Assembly (NCBI GenBank): GCA_008080745.1
Contig: SHMX01000001.1
Location: 630,001 to 662,000, forward strand
DNA length: 32,000 nt
Origin: Candidatus Thorarchaeota archaeon
Lineage (GTDB): Archaea > Asgardarchaeota > Thorarchaeia > Thorarchaeales > Thorarchaeaceae
Direction: 5' to 3'
The position numbers were made by a program, and so were the translations under genes. This document shows positions 11,105 to 20,144 of this stretch, one piece after another; position 1 is the stretch's first letter; every line of letters begins with the position of its first letter. The notes beneath the pieces were generated by a model that was not told the DNA's origin, made no database searches, and saw only the letters and a program-made list of their open reading frames with translations.

Positions 11105-11145
11105 TTGTTAAATATCTAGTTGAGAAGTGTATTATGTGAAAAAGT

Positions 11146-11943
11146 ATGAAATCGGATTCTGAAGATGTGTTGAAAGCGCTAACAAATTCAACACGAAGAG
11201 CAATAATGCGGCAGATTGCCCGAAAAGGTTCCGCTAGTTATTCTGAGATGATGAAAGTGTTAGGGCTGGATCCATATCTAATGAGTGGAAAATTCAATTA
11301 TCATCTCAAAGAGCTTACTGAAGTGGGGCTAATTGAGAAAGTAGATGATGAATATAGAATATCTGAGCTTGGAAAGAAAGCAATGATTCTGCTAGACCAG
11401 GTACAAGAAGATAGGAAGATTGACAAATATGGAGTTCTATCAGCAGTCTTATCCCTGAGTTCAAAACAAGAAGTCAGCCTCTTTATGAATCAAATGGGAT
11501 TAGTCTTTGGGCTAATGGGAACAATCTTCAGCATCATCTTTATGGGAATTTCAATAGACGAAGGCATATTTGGATGGCAAGTCGCATCGGTTTTTGCATT
11601 AATCTCTATTCTCACATTGGGAAGATCGATGATAAAAGTGGGAAGCATGATTAGAAATTTGAAAGTTGGCCTTTCAGCCATACTATTTTTTCAAACCGAT
11701 TGGTTTCTAATAAGATCTCCAAATAGAAACAACTTCCTTGCTGTGATTATATCCTCAATAACTGGCCTAGTTCTTACAATTCTCGTTATAGCTCTATCTT
11801 ACTCAGGCCCACTTGTTATTCCCTCGTTGGAAGCAATAATAATGATGGTGAGTGGATTTGTATCTCTTGCAGTAGCTGTAATCTACATCAGGAGAGCATA
11901 TAGACATGCAGAATTATTGGAGGAAAATATGTATGAAAAGTGA
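11146..11943 (+). CDS. ArsR-like winged-helix transcriptional regulator with C-terminal membrane domain
   Basis: LKALTNSTRRAIM...SYSEMMKVLG...KFNYHLKELTEVGLIEK...YRISELG, followed by about 4-5 TM helices. Confidence 0.85.
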   Translation: MKSDSEDVLKALTNSTRRAIMRQIARKGSASYSEMMKVLGLDPYLMSGKFNYHLKELTEVGLIEKVDDEYRISELGKKAMILLDQVQEDRKIDKYGVLSAVLSLSSKQEVSLFMNQMGLVFGLMGTIFSIIFMGISIDEGIFGWQVASVFALISILTLGRSMIKVGSMIRNLKVGLSAILFFQTDWFLIRSPNRNNFLAVIISSITGLVLTILVIALSYSGPLVIPSLEAIIMMVSGFVSLAVAVIYIRRAYRHAELLEENMYEK

Positions 11944-12073
11944 GAGGAATGAAGAAAAGACAGAGAAAGTATTGGAATTGCTAACAGATCCCTTAACTAG
12001 AAAAATTCTAGTCACATTGATGGGGTTGGATCCCAACATAATAGCAGAAACCAAGGTATCTGAAAAGTCATAA
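11933..12073 (+). CDS. 46-aa mini-paralog of the ArsR-like N-terminus
   Basis: MKSERNEEKTEKVLELLTDPLTRKILVTLMGLDPNIIAETKVSEKS; overlaps the regulator's stop by 11 nt; GGAGG at 11919-11923; resembles MKSDSEDVLKALTNSTRRAIM...VLGLDP. Not in the ORF track. Confidence 0.6.
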   Translation: MKSERNEEKTEKVLELLTDPLTRKILVTLMGLDPNIIAETKVSEKS

Positions 12074-12097
12074 TTCAGAAATGGAGTATTCTGGGAG

Positions 12098-12503
12098 CTA
12101 GTTCACTTTTGTGTGGCAGGAGGGACATCTCGCACGAGTTCTCGAACCCCATTCAACGTCATCTCGCTTTAGAAGACGGTCACAATTAGGGCATCGTTTT
12201 GAACTCCAATGCAAAACTCCTTTTTTATCATCTTTCTTGGAACTCCGGGGTTTTTTTTGATCTGGATCGTGAAGATGAGGAACGGGATTTGCCGGAGTAA
12301 GATGATGATGAGGACGAGATTTTTCCTGCTGCAACTCCAATTGAGCCAAAGAATGTGATTAACGCAATTCCAAATGGAATTACAGCCATTGTCAAATCGG
12401 ATGCTTGATAGAACTGATAGCCAATATATCCTGCACCTATTGCTACTATCAAGAGTACACAGGCAAGAGCATAATTCCCAGAGGTTTTCTTTCGCGATGG
12501 CAT
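12098..12503 (-). CDS. Two-TM membrane protein with Ser/Arg-rich linker and C-terminal Zn ribbon; split by a 1-nt frameshift at the T8 run 12251-12258
   Basis: Removing one A from TC-AAAAAAAA-CCCC joins ...SSSSRSRSKK to PRSSKKDDKKGVLHWSSKRCPNCDRLLK...CPSCHTKVN; 405 nt = 134 aa plus stop. Confidence 0.72.
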
Positions 12504-12571
12504 GGCAAATTCAACTCTTAATGAGGTTAATTTTGACTAGAGCTTTAATTATAATAATTATTTTAAAGAAG

Positions 12572-13882
12572 ATGGATGCACAGCACGATTTATCTGAGCA
12601 CCTCACCTCGTTTAAACCGGTGATTGCCGTGGAAGTCAAACATCTCACCATTGAAGTCGCTATTCAGCCTGAAATTTCGCATATTCGTGTAACAGGAAAA
12701 ATAACAATGACGGATATTGAAGATGAGGTGAAGTTCCTACTCAATCCATGCCTTGAGATTAATGAGATACATCTAATATCAAATAATGAGAGGATACCAG
12801 TTGAAAAAGTAGAAACAAGACCAGAACAAGACATCTTTATCCCATCAACTTGCTACGAGATAAAAATACCTGAAGAGTTTCAGGGGGAACAAGAATATGA
12901 ATTTGAGGTAGACTACGAGGGGAAAATCTATCGGTATTCTTTTCAAACTAGTAGGATACGTTCGGACTATGTGGAATTGGCCATCTATGCAATATGGTAT
13001 CCCATGGTTTCCTTTGCTGATAGACCCACCTTCTCCATAACACTTCAGACTCCAAAAGATTGGATATGGATTATGAATACATCCAGGGTTTCAGAAGATC
13101 CCCTGAGTTGGGAGGCAGGAACTCCACGAACAGACCTCACTTTGCATGGAAGGCCTAAATCCAACGCGATAAGAAATGAGGATAGCACCCTTTTCTGGGG
13201 AGAACCCCGTAATTTGGAGTTACTCAAACCTCTTGAGAAAGACTTCTACGAATATCAAGAGCTTATGAAGTCCTGGTTCGGTGAAGCTAGTTCAGAGAGT
13301 CTAAAGATTATTCTTGTTCCTCGAGATTTTGGAGGAGGATATGCAAGAAATGGATTGATTGTGATGCAGGACGATGTATCAGAAGAATACATTCGAGATA
13401 AAAAGGATAATCTACTGAGATTCTGGGCTCACGAACTAGCACATTCATGGTTCTGCAAGGCAACTGTTGAAGATTATCATAACTGGATTGATGAGGCATG
13501 TGCAGAATATACCTCATACCTAGCATCAGAGGAAATATTGGGACAGGAATGGTTTTCAGCAATATTGGATAGGGCAAGAAAACGACTAAAGGAACATGAT
13601 GGTTTATCATCTATCAAATCAATACTTAGGTCTCATCCGCATGCGCAAATTCTCTACTATCTCTATGGAGCATTGATACTTCATGAGATAAGAGAGAAAA
13701 TTGGTCGTGATACGTTCATCCAAGTATTAGAGAGATATGCTCAGACATGTCTGAAGAAGACTCGAACTACGACAGAAGATTTTGTCAAAGCGTTAGAGGA
13801 TGTAACAGAATACAAGTTGGGAGGTCTTCTTGACAAGAGGCTTTCAAATCCTCCAACGGAGGAAATACTCGAACCTAGTTAG
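12572..13882 (+). CDS. M1-family (gluzincin) aminopeptidase
   Basis: WAHELAHSWF...NWIDE (HExxH-x16-E) and downstream YYLYGALILHEIR with the catalytic Tyr region. Start moved from 12374 to ATG 12572 because the track's extension overlaps the opposite-strand gene. Confidence 0.88.
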   Translation: MDAQHDLSEHLTSFKPVIAVEVKHLTIEVAIQPEISHIRVTGKITMTDIEDEVKFLLNPCLEINEIHLISNNERIPVEKVETRPEQDIFIPSTCYEIKIPEEFQGEQEYEFEVDYEGKIYRYSFQTSRIRSDYVELAIYAIWYPMVSFADRPTFSITLQTPKDWIWIMNTSRVSEDPLSWEAGTPRTDLTLHGRPKSNAIRNEDSTLFWGEPRNLELLKPLEKDFYEYQELMKSWFGEASSESLKIILVPRDFGGGYARNGLIVMQDDVSEEYIRDKKDNLLRFWAHELAHSWFCKATVEDYHNWIDEACAEYTSYLASEEILGQEWFSAILDRARKRLKEHDGLSSIKSILRSHPHAQILYYLYGALILHEIREKIGRDTFIQVLERYAQTCLKKTRTTTEDFVKALEDVTEYKLGGLLDKRLSNPPTEEILEPS

Positions 13883-14084
13883 TTCCAATTCATTAGGGGA
13901 ATACAAAGGACGGAAGTAAGATTCAAAGAAAAGATGACCGGAGAATTCAATTCTGAAATATTGACTATCTGGTGAGGATTCTCTCAGGCACCTCCAACAA
14001 TCATCCGAAGAGAGTAGTGAAATATGAAAAAGATCTGGTTTTTCTAAAAAAAGGAAAGACACAAGTATTACTCAGTAAACTCAG

Positions 14085-15533
14085 GTGTCGATTACAATGG
14101 GCACGACCGGTACATTGATCGAGGAGAAAATTCCTACTAAAAGTGCAGTAGCGGTATCTATGGCAGATGCAAGTGTTGCACTCCTCCAGGGATTGATAGG
14201 TGCAGGACTGGCAATATACTTCACTACTGTCAGAGGACTCTCTGTTGAACTCAATTTTGCAGCATGGATGCTATTTCTAGTATGGAATAGCGTTAATGAT
14301 CCATTGATTGGGTATATAGCAGACAAAACAAAGCATGAATTAGGTAGGCGAATACCATATATCAGATATGGGATTCCAATACTTGTAATCGGATATATCA
14401 TGTGTTGGGCTCCCATTCCGGGGCTAGAAGGAGATCAGCTAGCACTTTTCATTCAGCTGCTTCTTGCATTATTCATCTACGATACTATGTATACAGCAGT
14501 GGCAACAGCACTGTACATCATGCCCTATGAGATGGCAGTGTCGAATAAAGAAAGAACAAGAGTTTTTGTTTGGAAGACTCTATTTAGTGTGGTCGCCATT
14601 GCAGGACCTATAATTATTCTTCCAATTATTCAACCAGGTCCAACAGACCCGGTCATGCCATACTTTACATTTCACCTTGTTGTGGCAGTGTTAGTAGGCT
14701 TTATCGTGTTTGTGTCTAGTTTCTTCTATAAAGAGAACAAGTATACCCAACACGAGGAACAGACCCCATTTGTTAAAGCATTGAAGCTTACATTCAAGAA
14801 TCGTTCCTTCATCGCATTCGAATTTATCAGTTTCACGAGTATCTATCTTGTGACTGCTTTGCCAATGGGCCTGATATATTATGTTGAACTGGTCTTAGAC
14901 TCGATGAATGATTTCTTCCTGCAAATAATTGGGCTTATTACAGGTGTTATCATTGGTTTCTATTTCTTCATAACACAAAACGAAAAGTTTGGTACCAAGA
15001 AAAGCATGCTATATCTTATCGCACCATTCGCAATTGGATGTCTCATCATCCTGCTCTTTGGGCTGTTTGTCATTCCTACCATGATAGGGATGGTTTTTGT
15101 GGGCATAGGATTCTCAGGCTCATTCATCATGATTCCCCTGATGAATGGCGATGTGATAGATTATGACGAAAGTGTGACGGGGTTGAGAAGAGAGGGTATG
15201 TATGCAGGTGTCAATAGCTTCGTAACAAAACCAGGCATCAGTATTGCGGAGGGATTAGTACCACTTCTTCTTGTTTCATTTGGATACATGCCCAATGTAG
15301 AGGCGGGTTTGCAGCCAGCTTCGGTAGAGATTGGAGTTTTGATATCGTGGATGGTAATTCCGGTCATACTTCTGAGCATCTCGTTCTTGGTAATATGGAA
15401 GTTCTATAATCTGGAAGGTCCCGAGTGGAGAGCCAAAAAAGAACAGCTGGCAAAGATTCATGCAGAAAAAGAGAGAGAACTATTAGCCAGCCTTGGTTAC
15501 GCCTATACAGACGAAGAACCAGTAGAAGAATAG
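14085..15533 (+). CDS. GPH family (MelB-like) glycoside-pentoside-hexuronide:cation symporter
   Basis: WNSVNDPLIGYIADKTK..GRRIPY and DVIDYDE..TGLRREGMY motifs; about 12 TM. Start may be ATG 14097. Confidence 0.9.
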   Translation: MSITMGTTGTLIEEKIPTKSAVAVSMADASVALLQGLIGAGLAIYFTTVRGLSVELNFAAWMLFLVWNSVNDPLIGYIADKTKHELGRRIPYIRYGIPILVIGYIMCWAPIPGLEGDQLALFIQLLLALFIYDTMYTAVATALYIMPYEMAVSNKERTRVFVWKTLFSVVAIAGPIIILPIIQPGPTDPVMPYFTFHLVVAVLVGFIVFVSSFFYKENKYTQHEEQTPFVKALKLTFKNRSFIAFEFISFTSIYLVTALPMGLIYYVELVLDSMNDFFLQIIGLITGVIIGFYFFITQNEKFGTKKSMLYLIAPFAIGCLIILLFGLFVIPTMIGMVFVGIGFSGSFIMIPLMNGDVIDYDESVTGLRREGMYAGVNSFVTKPGISIAEGLVPLLLVSFGYMPNVEAGLQPASVEIGVLISWMVIPVILLSISFLVIWKFYNLEGPEWRAKKEQLAKIHAEKERELLASLGYAYTDEEPVEE

Positions 15534-15541
15534 AGATGGTT

Positions 15542-15567
15542 TGCGTAGCAGCTCGAGCTGCTACGCA
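15542..15567. terminator. Perfect 26-bp palindrome between convergent genes (bidirectional terminator candidate)
   Basis: TGCGTAGCAGCTC|GAGCTGCTACGCA; GC-rich; includes the stop codon of the hydrolase gene. Confidence 0.6.
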
Positions 15568-16352
15568 TAGTAATTTTTCACAAAATCTACAATTAGATTG
15601 CTTAGTTTTTCGGGGACTTCAATATCTGGACTGTGTCCACATTTAGCGATGATTTCTAGTCGAGACCCTGGGATTGCTTCATGGAGTAATTTCCCATCCT
15701 CTGGGATGATGAGCTGGTCAAATTCCCCATGAATAACTAGAACAGGAATCTTTACGAACCTGAGTTTTTCTACCGCATCAAAGGTTGCAAATCCGATTGA
15801 AGAGAGGACATTTGCTTCATTTTCGCTGTTGAGGAATTTGTTTAGCAAATAGTTCAGAGTATCAGGATTATTCTCGATAAATTCTGGTGTGAGTGTATCC
15901 TTTGTAGCAGTCCACCAATATGCTTTATCTCCTTCATCAACCTGAGCTTCACGCCAAGCATATACCATATCAACTAGCCTTTCAGTTACTCGTGGTGTTG
16001 TATCTATTAGTACAGCAGAAGAGAACAAATCAGGGCGATCTATAATCATTTGTTGAACGACCATTCCTCCCAACGAAGTACCTATAACGGGAACAGGGGT
16101 AATTTCAAGATGCTCAACGAGTTGTATCATATCATCAGCAAAGGCCTCTGGAGGTGGAGTACCCTCTGTACAACCGGAGGTGCCATGGCATCTGAGATCA
16201 GGTAGTACTAATTCAAAATGTTTGGATAGAAACGGCTCTGTGAATTCCCAGGAAGTATTATCGCCCCCAAGCCCATGTACCAGAAGAAGTGGTGAGCCGC
16301 TACCACTCATCCGGTAGGTAATATGATGATTTTCAAGTTGCAAAGTAGGCAT
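15561..16352 (-). CDS. Alpha/beta hydrolase (enol-lactonase/MenH-like)
   Basis: LLVHGLGG oxyanion motif, GTSLGG nucleophile elbow, HGEFDQLI acid, CGHSP catalytic His. Confidence 0.92.
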   Translation of the reverse strand: MPTLQLENHHITYRMSGSGSPLLLVHGLGGDNTSWEFTEPFLSKHFELVLPDLRCHGTSGCTEGTPPPEAFADDMIQLVEHLEITPVPVIGTSLGGMVVQQMIIDRPDLFSSAVLIDTTPRVTERLVDMVYAWREAQVDEGDKAYWWTATKDTLTPEFIENNPDTLNYLLNKFLNSENEANVLSSIGFATFDAVEKLRFVKIPVLVIHGEFDQLIIPEDGKLLHEAIPGSRLEIIAKCGHSPDIEVPEKLSNLIVDFVKNYYA

Positions 16353-16423
16353 ACAATCACTATAAGATGAAGCGTATATATTATCTACCGTTCAAACCTA
16401 AGTGTGTGAAAAGATATTGGTTG

Positions 16424-18088
16424 TTACTCGATTATTTTTGTCACTGTGCCGATTGCACGGGTGTTTCCTTCCCGAAGGACAATCTTGTCTCCAACGGATA
16501 TAGCCTCGGGATATGACATGAATTCTAATTGAACGGTTGCAAAGTCACCAACAGAGAGAAACTCTGCATCATGAATCTTCTTCATGATCACGCTTTGCTG
16601 TATTGTCTGACATTGTAATACTGGAGTATAGCCAACGGATATTCTAGTAGGATGCCTTGTGACCACGATATCTGCTTCAAAGATACGACTTGATAGATTT
16701 TCATAATCTGGATCAATTACAACTTGTCCCCGTCGGATACGAAACTTGTCAACATCCTTTATGTCAAAGCCAAACATATCTCCAGCCTTGACGGTGCCTA
16801 CTCGTTTCTTAAAGACCTCAATAGATGCCACGCGTCCCTCTTGGTATTGACCCTTCTCATCAGGACCGATAAGAACGGGTTGACCCTTTTTGAAGACGCC
16901 CGAACGAACATTTCCTGTAACAACTACATTTGTTCCTGGAATCCCTCGATATACCTTGTCTACATATGAAATAGCAGGCCCTGTTACATCCGAATTTTTC
17001 AGGTCGGTTGGCAGAGATTGAAGTAGTTTCGTGAGCAGTGTTAGGGATTCAGCGATTGTGGCGGATGCTTCAATAATTGGTACTACCACACCATGGCGAA
17101 TCTCTTTCATAATTGGAACAATATCATCCTCAGTTTTGACACTCACTGGGATTCGACCTATCTCCTTCAGAGTCTGACGTGTAACTGTATTTACAAACTC
17201 AAGGTCTTCAGAATTAGCTTTATCGACTTTGGAAAGAGCTATCATGAATGGAACATCACGACCGGATATTAGGATAAGATGCTCACGAGTAATATCATCC
17301 AATCTCCGCTTACCCGTCTTCATCTCGGTTGAACGGATCAGATTTGCTTCTTCTTGTATGGGGATGAGGACCAATCCGTAATCTGCGTCTCCACCAAGTA
17401 TACTCCTAATCATTGTCTTAGAAAATTCCTTGTGACCGGGAGCATCGAAGAACATGAGTATCTTAGCAGAACGATCGAGTACACGGGCCCATTCAGCTTT
17501 GCTCAATGGGTTACTGAGATGAATTGGCTCTTGGTCTCTACTAAATCCCATAAAGGCCATATGTATGTCAGCAGTCTGCCCGCGGGTTATCTCCTGAGGA
17601 TGTGTTAAGAGAAACGATCTAGCTCGCCCCTGTCCATCATCTGGAACTCCAGTCACTAGAGCACCAACAAGAGTAGATTTTCCAGAGTTAACACGACCAG
17701 CCACATTGATAGAACAGGTTTCACGAACGTCTGCGTCTGCGACACGCTTCAACAAATAGATACCAACCAAACCCTTGGTGGTTTCCACACGGGTCTCTTC
17801 GATGATTTCTACATCGGCCGCATCACATATCGTAGAAAGAACCTTTTCAGATAGTTTCAGAGCTGACTCGCTAAGTCCAAAGATTTGCCATTCTTCTCCA
17901 TTTAGATCTTCAACACCAATCAAAAAAGTACCTTCAAAGGGTCTTTCGTGTGTCATATAGCGTATTCTGGAGATTAGCTTCTCTTTTCGTTTCTTTTTAA
18001 GGTCCGCTTTTGTCAGCTTCTGTTTGAACTCGGTAGTATCATTCTCGCCAATTCTGAGAATGCTTCGGAGTTCATCAATTGTGGCCAT
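16424..18088 (-). CDS. GTPBP1-type translational GTPase with N-terminal AlbA_2/Schlafen-like domain
   Basis: N-terminal GENDTTEFKQKL; G1 GRVNSGKST, G2 RGQTADI, G3 DAPGH, G4 SKVD; C-terminal EF-Tu-like beta-barrel domains II and III. Confidence 0.88.
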   Translation of the reverse strand: MATIDELRSILRIGENDTTEFKQKLTKADLKKKRKEKLISRIRYMTHERPFEGTFLIGVEDLNGEEWQIFGLSESALKLSEKVLSTICDAADVEIIEETRVETTKGLVGIYLLKRVADADVRETCSINVAGRVNSGKSTLVGALVTGVPDDGQGRARSFLLTHPQEITRGQTADIHMAFMGFSRDQEPIHLSNPLSKAEWARVLDRSAKILMFFDAPGHKEFSKTMIRSILGGDADYGLVLIPIQEEANLIRSTEMKTGKRRLDDITREHLILISGRDVPFMIALSKVDKANSEDLEFVNTVTRQTLKEIGRIPVSVKTEDDIVPIMKEIRHGVVVPIIEASATIAESLTLLTKLLQSLPTDLKNSDVTGPAISYVDKVYRGIPGTNVVVTGNVRSGVFKKGQPVLIGPDEKGQYQEGRVASIEVFKKRVGTVKAGDMFGFDIKDVDKFRIRRGQVVIDPDYENLSSRIFEADIVVTRHPTRISVGYTPVLQCQTIQQSVIMKKIHDAEFLSVGDFATVQLEFMSYPEAISVGDKIVLREGNTRAIGTVTKIIE

Positions 18089-18168
18089 GCGTTAGTTTCC
18101 CCAAATTACATTGAGGTGATACTGACAGGATATAAATTAAGATACCTCTGCAATAAAACGACTGCATT

Positions 18169-18188
18169 TTTAGAACACGTGTTCTAAA
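18169..18188. promoter_or_regulatory. Perfect 20-bp palindrome in the divergent GTPBP1 / M20 promoter
   Basis: TTTAGAACAC|GTGTTCTAAA; extends to 18166-18191 with one mismatch. Confidence 0.6.
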
Positions 18189-18249
18189 TATTTCGTCTCG
18201 GTCTAAAGATATTAAATAGGGGCAATATTATCTCCAAAACTGAAATTTC

Positions 18250-19590
18250 ATGACTTTGCTTGACGAAGCTATAAAGCTATTACAAGAATTGGTTCAGAAC
18301 TCTTGTGTGAATCCACCTGGAAATGAGATGAAATCTATCCAGTCAATTGCAAGATACCTGGATACCCATGAGATCAGATATGAAATATTCGAATCAGCAC
18401 CAAATAGAGGAAATCTATTTGCAGAGATAGAAGGTTCGGAAAAGGGTCCAAGTCTAATGCTAGGACCTGGACATGTTGATGTAGTACCTGTAGAGGATCC
18501 TTCAATATGGGCTGTACCCCCTTTTTCTGGTGAGATTAAAGATGACTATATCTGGGGGAGAGGTACAGTTGACATGCTCTTTATGGTAGTAAGTCAAGTG
18601 ATAGCTTTTACCCATCTGTGGAAAGAAGGATTCAGACCGAAGGGTGATGTAAAACTCCTTATCGTTGCTGATGAAGAAGCCGCTGGTAAGTATGGTACAA
18701 AATGGATGATTGAAAACTATCCAGATCGTATCAAGAGCGACTATGTCGTTTCGGAGATGGGAGGATTCAGAATGGGAGAGGGACTATTTTTGTATCAATA
18801 TGGCGAGAAGGGGGGAAGCTGGTTGAGATTGACCGCAAAAGGAACTGAACAACATGGTTCAATGCCGTATCAAGCAAATAATGCAGTTGAAAAGATAGGC
18901 AATGCAATTGTGAAACTTAGCCAATATGATGCACCTGTTGATACAACATACGTGAAACTCCTAGTTGAAGGTCTCCCGATTCAAGGGGTTCAGAAAAGAT
19001 TGATATCAAGTAATTTGACCGTCAATAAAGCAATCGAAATTATGGCAAAGAGCAATCTTGAACAGGCAAAATTGATACATGCACTTACAAGAATGACAAT
19101 CTCTCCAAACTTGGTGTCGGGAGGCACGAAGGTAAATGTGGTAGCTGGAGAAGCACATGTCGATATCGATGTGAGAAGCCTTCCTGGGCAAGACAGAGAG
19201 TACATCCATAATTTGCTTCAAGATGCATTAGGAGACCTAGCAGAGGACATTGACATTGGACCAGTTCCAGAAGATGCTGGTTCCGAACCATCTTATGGAA
19301 ATGCAAGCGAGATTGACACACCATTGGTTACCGTCATGGGAGATGTTCTAAAGGAACTTGTTGGAAACGATGCCACCCTTGTACCACTACTATCTCCGGG
19401 TGTTACAGATTGCAGATTTTTCAGACTGAAGTGGAATTCACAGGCGTATGGATTTTCTATATTTGATGATAGACTTCCTATGGGTGAGGTCATGGCGATG
19501 ATTCATGGCCCCAATGAGCGTATATCAATTGGTTCGTTGGATCTCACACTGAGAGGTTACAAAAGAATTGTTGAGCAGTTTTGTAGCTAA
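18250..19590 (+). CDS. M20/M25/M40 family metallopeptidase
   Basis: GHVDVVP, GRGTVDM, ADEEAAG, SE and C-terminal HGPNERI metal-binding motifs. Confidence 0.92.
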   Translation: MTLLDEAIKLLQELVQNSCVNPPGNEMKSIQSIARYLDTHEIRYEIFESAPNRGNLFAEIEGSEKGPSLMLGPGHVDVVPVEDPSIWAVPPFSGEIKDDYIWGRGTVDMLFMVVSQVIAFTHLWKEGFRPKGDVKLLIVADEEAAGKYGTKWMIENYPDRIKSDYVVSEMGGFRMGEGLFLYQYGEKGGSWLRLTAKGTEQHGSMPYQANNAVEKIGNAIVKLSQYDAPVDTTYVKLLVEGLPIQGVQKRLISSNLTVNKAIEIMAKSNLEQAKLIHALTRMTISPNLVSGGTKVNVVAGEAHVDIDVRSLPGQDREYIHNLLQDALGDLAEDIDIGPVPEDAGSEPSYGNASEIDTPLVTVMGDVLKELVGNDATLVPLLSPGVTDCRFFRLKWNSQAYGFSIFDDRLPMGEVMAMIHGPNERISIGSLDLTLRGYKRIVEQFCS

Positions 19591-20132
19591 GACTCTAATG
19601 CACGTTTAATGACCTGCTTGAACTTGAGATCAAGCTGTTCTAATCCAACACCCGTTTTGGCAGAAATCAAAGCGGATTCGGTGTTGTATTTCTCACAAAA
19701 CGAGTCCATCTCAGACTCAACTTCAGAAAAATCATCTCCAAGAAGGTCAATTTTATTACCAACCAGAATAAATCTCCAACCATCTCCACCCGTCATATCC
19801 CACCCTCCATGATCCTGTACAAGTGGAACCCAATAATTGTATAGGCTATCAAGACTAGGAAGATAGGAAGCATCGAAAAAAAGCACACCGGCTTTTGCAC
19901 CATCAACCATTTGTTTTAGGGTTTCGATAAACCGTTTTTGTCCCCCAAAATCCCATACGGATAGTGTCACATTCATCCCATTAGTCAATTCGGTTCTAAT
20001 GGTATCAAATGAAACCCCTACTGTAGTTCGCAGAAGAGCAGGATCTGGAAATGTACCCTTTGTCCAACGCTCTGAAAACGAAGTTTTTCCAACCTCGGAG
20101 TCTCCAAGTATTGCTACCTTTATTATCGTCAT
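19587..20132 (-). CDS. Rab/Ras-like small GTPase
   Basis: G1 GDSEVGKTS, G2 TTVGVSF, G3 WDFGGQ, G4 GNKID, G5 SAK; no C-terminal Cys. Confidence 0.93.
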   Translation of the reverse strand: MTIIKVAILGDSEVGKTSFSERWTKGTFPDPALLRTTVGVSFDTIRTELTNGMNVTLSVWDFGGQKRFIETLKQMVDGAKAGVLFFDASYLPSLDSLYNYWVPLVQDHGGWDMTGGDGWRFILVGNKIDLLGDDFSEVESEMDSFCEKYNTESALISAKTGVGLEQLDLKFKQVIKRALES

Positions 20133-20144
20133 TATGATACCCCT

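Noticed and set aside
12259-12349. Independent start for the 83-aa ORF (MAQLELQQ...HHH)
   Set aside because: This part is the shifted frame of the upstream membrane gene; only the segment after the A8 run looks coding.
12374-12571. N-terminal 66 aa of the track's 502-aa M1 peptidase ORF
   Set aside because: It overlaps the opposite-strand gene and the AT-rich promoter; ATG 12572 is the plausible start.
13844-14062. 72-aa minus-strand ORF between the M1 peptidase and the GPH transporter
   Set aside because: It overlaps the peptidase 3' end and the transporter promoter and shows no protein-like motif.
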